A stretch of 64,000 bases of DNA, from positions 418,465-482,464 of the forward strand of contig CAVSWB010000002.1 of NCBI GenBank assembly GCA_963731635.1, in the 5' to 3' direction. Position numbers and translations under genes: made by a program. Below are positions 63,393-64,000 of this stretch, one piece after another. The notes under the pieces are model-generated. The model had not been told where the DNA came from. It saw only the letters and a program-made list of their open reading frames with translations, and did not search any database. How positions within the stretch are numbered: the first letter of the stretch is position 1; every line of letters starts with the position of its first letter. Origin of the DNA: an uncultured Chloroflexia bacterium. GTDB lineage: Bacteria > Chloroflexota > Limnocylindria > Limnocylindrales > CSP1-4.

Positions 63393-64000
63393 GACGCCTC
63401 CGCTCCTGAGGCGATGCGGCTCGCGAGCAATGACTGCAATGCCTCCCGCGCCGTCGGGCGCTGTGAAGACGGTCAGGTGATCGCCCGCTTCGAGGACGAC
63501 GTTGCCGCGCGGCACGATGACCTTCTCCCCGCGCATGACCGAGACGAGCACGCTGTCTCGCGGCCAGGCCGTCTCCGATACCCGCTTTCCGGCGAGGACA
63601 GAGCCCGGCCCGATTTCGGCTTCGAGCAGGCTACCGGTCGAGCCGACCGTGTTGACCTGGCGGACGTTTGCGGCCAGGGCCCCTCGGTATGCCGCCACGA
63701 CGTCCCGTGTGGACAGGATGCCGGCCAGGCGATCGTTGGCCACGACCGGAACCCACGACTGGTGCCCGTCGGCGAGAACTCCGAGGACATCGTCGAGGGA
63801 GTCGTCCGCTGAGACGAAGGTTCCGTCCAGGGCGAGATCGCCGACCTTTGCCGCCTGATCGGCCGCGACGAGAGCGGTGAGGTCGACACTGCCGCGCAGC
63901 GAGCCACCCCGATCGACGACAGGGGCGCCGGGCACGCCAGAGGACTCAAGTCGTGCGCGCGCCGCCGCCACGTTCTGATCCGAGTCGAGCACCACCCGCG
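63393..64000 (-). CDS. CBS-pair + TrkA-C-like domain region continuous in-frame with the downstream ABC ATPase (5' end beyond window)
   Basis: Two CBS-like units (VVDRGGSLRGSVDLTAL..., VVANDRLAGILSTRDVVAAY) then a TrkA-C-like segment (EAEIGPGSVLAGKRVSE...VLVSVMRGEKVIVPRGNVVLEAGDHLTVF). There is no stop codon before the ABC ATPase methionine, so this is either a fusion or a frameshifted upstream gene. Confidence 0.4.

Overview
High-GC (~68%) bacterial chromosomal window, probably an Actinobacteria/Chloroflexi-like lineage (F420/deazaflavin DDN enzyme, class I LysRS, ECF sigma with zinc-finger anti-sigma, AICE-like integrative element). It divides into four parts. (1) 1-12.8 kb, housekeeping: greA 3' end, class I lysS, an ECF sigma/anti-sigma pair, serS, a secreted lipoprotein, a CsaA-like tRNA-binding protein and a liv-type branched-chain amino-acid ABC importer (livJHMGF). 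(2) 12.8-32.0 kb, a sugar-acid catabolic locus. On the minus strand there is an operon of larC, a glucarate-dehydratase-like enolase, a PfkB kinase, a Gnd-like dehydrogenase, eda and a second PfkB kinase. Diverging from it on the plus strand are a LacI regulator, a PotABCD-type ABC importer, a KduI/IolB-family isomerase, a UxaE-like epimerase and an SDR. These are followed by larB, larE, a divergent LarA-family (nickel-pincer dependent racemase/epimerase) gene and a second SDR. The complete LarA/B/C/E set sitting among hexuronate/aldarate genes is the most interesting candidate for an undescribed activity. (3) 32.1-58.7 kb, a composite genomic island at tRNA-Ser(TGA), bounded by perfect 59-bp direct repeats and subdivided by two further tRNA-3'-half att-like junctions. 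It carries an int/xis/rep (AICE-like) module, a 2 x ~140-bp direct repeat, secreted proteases, IS3- and IS21-family elements, two AbiEi/AbiEii pairs, a PrimPol-SF2 helicase fusion, a membrane-protein/DDN/LAL-regulator block, and a ~330-bp repeat family rich in 'ccggtagcaac' motifs. (4) 58.7-64 kb: a P-type ATPase and an ABC-2 exporter with a CBS-domain in-frame extension. At least six genes (livJ, livF, SBP, ABC ATPase, P-type ATPase) carry single-base frameshifts, either assembly indel errors or real pseudogenisation. All calls rest on reading the supplied translations and DNA, with no database searches run.
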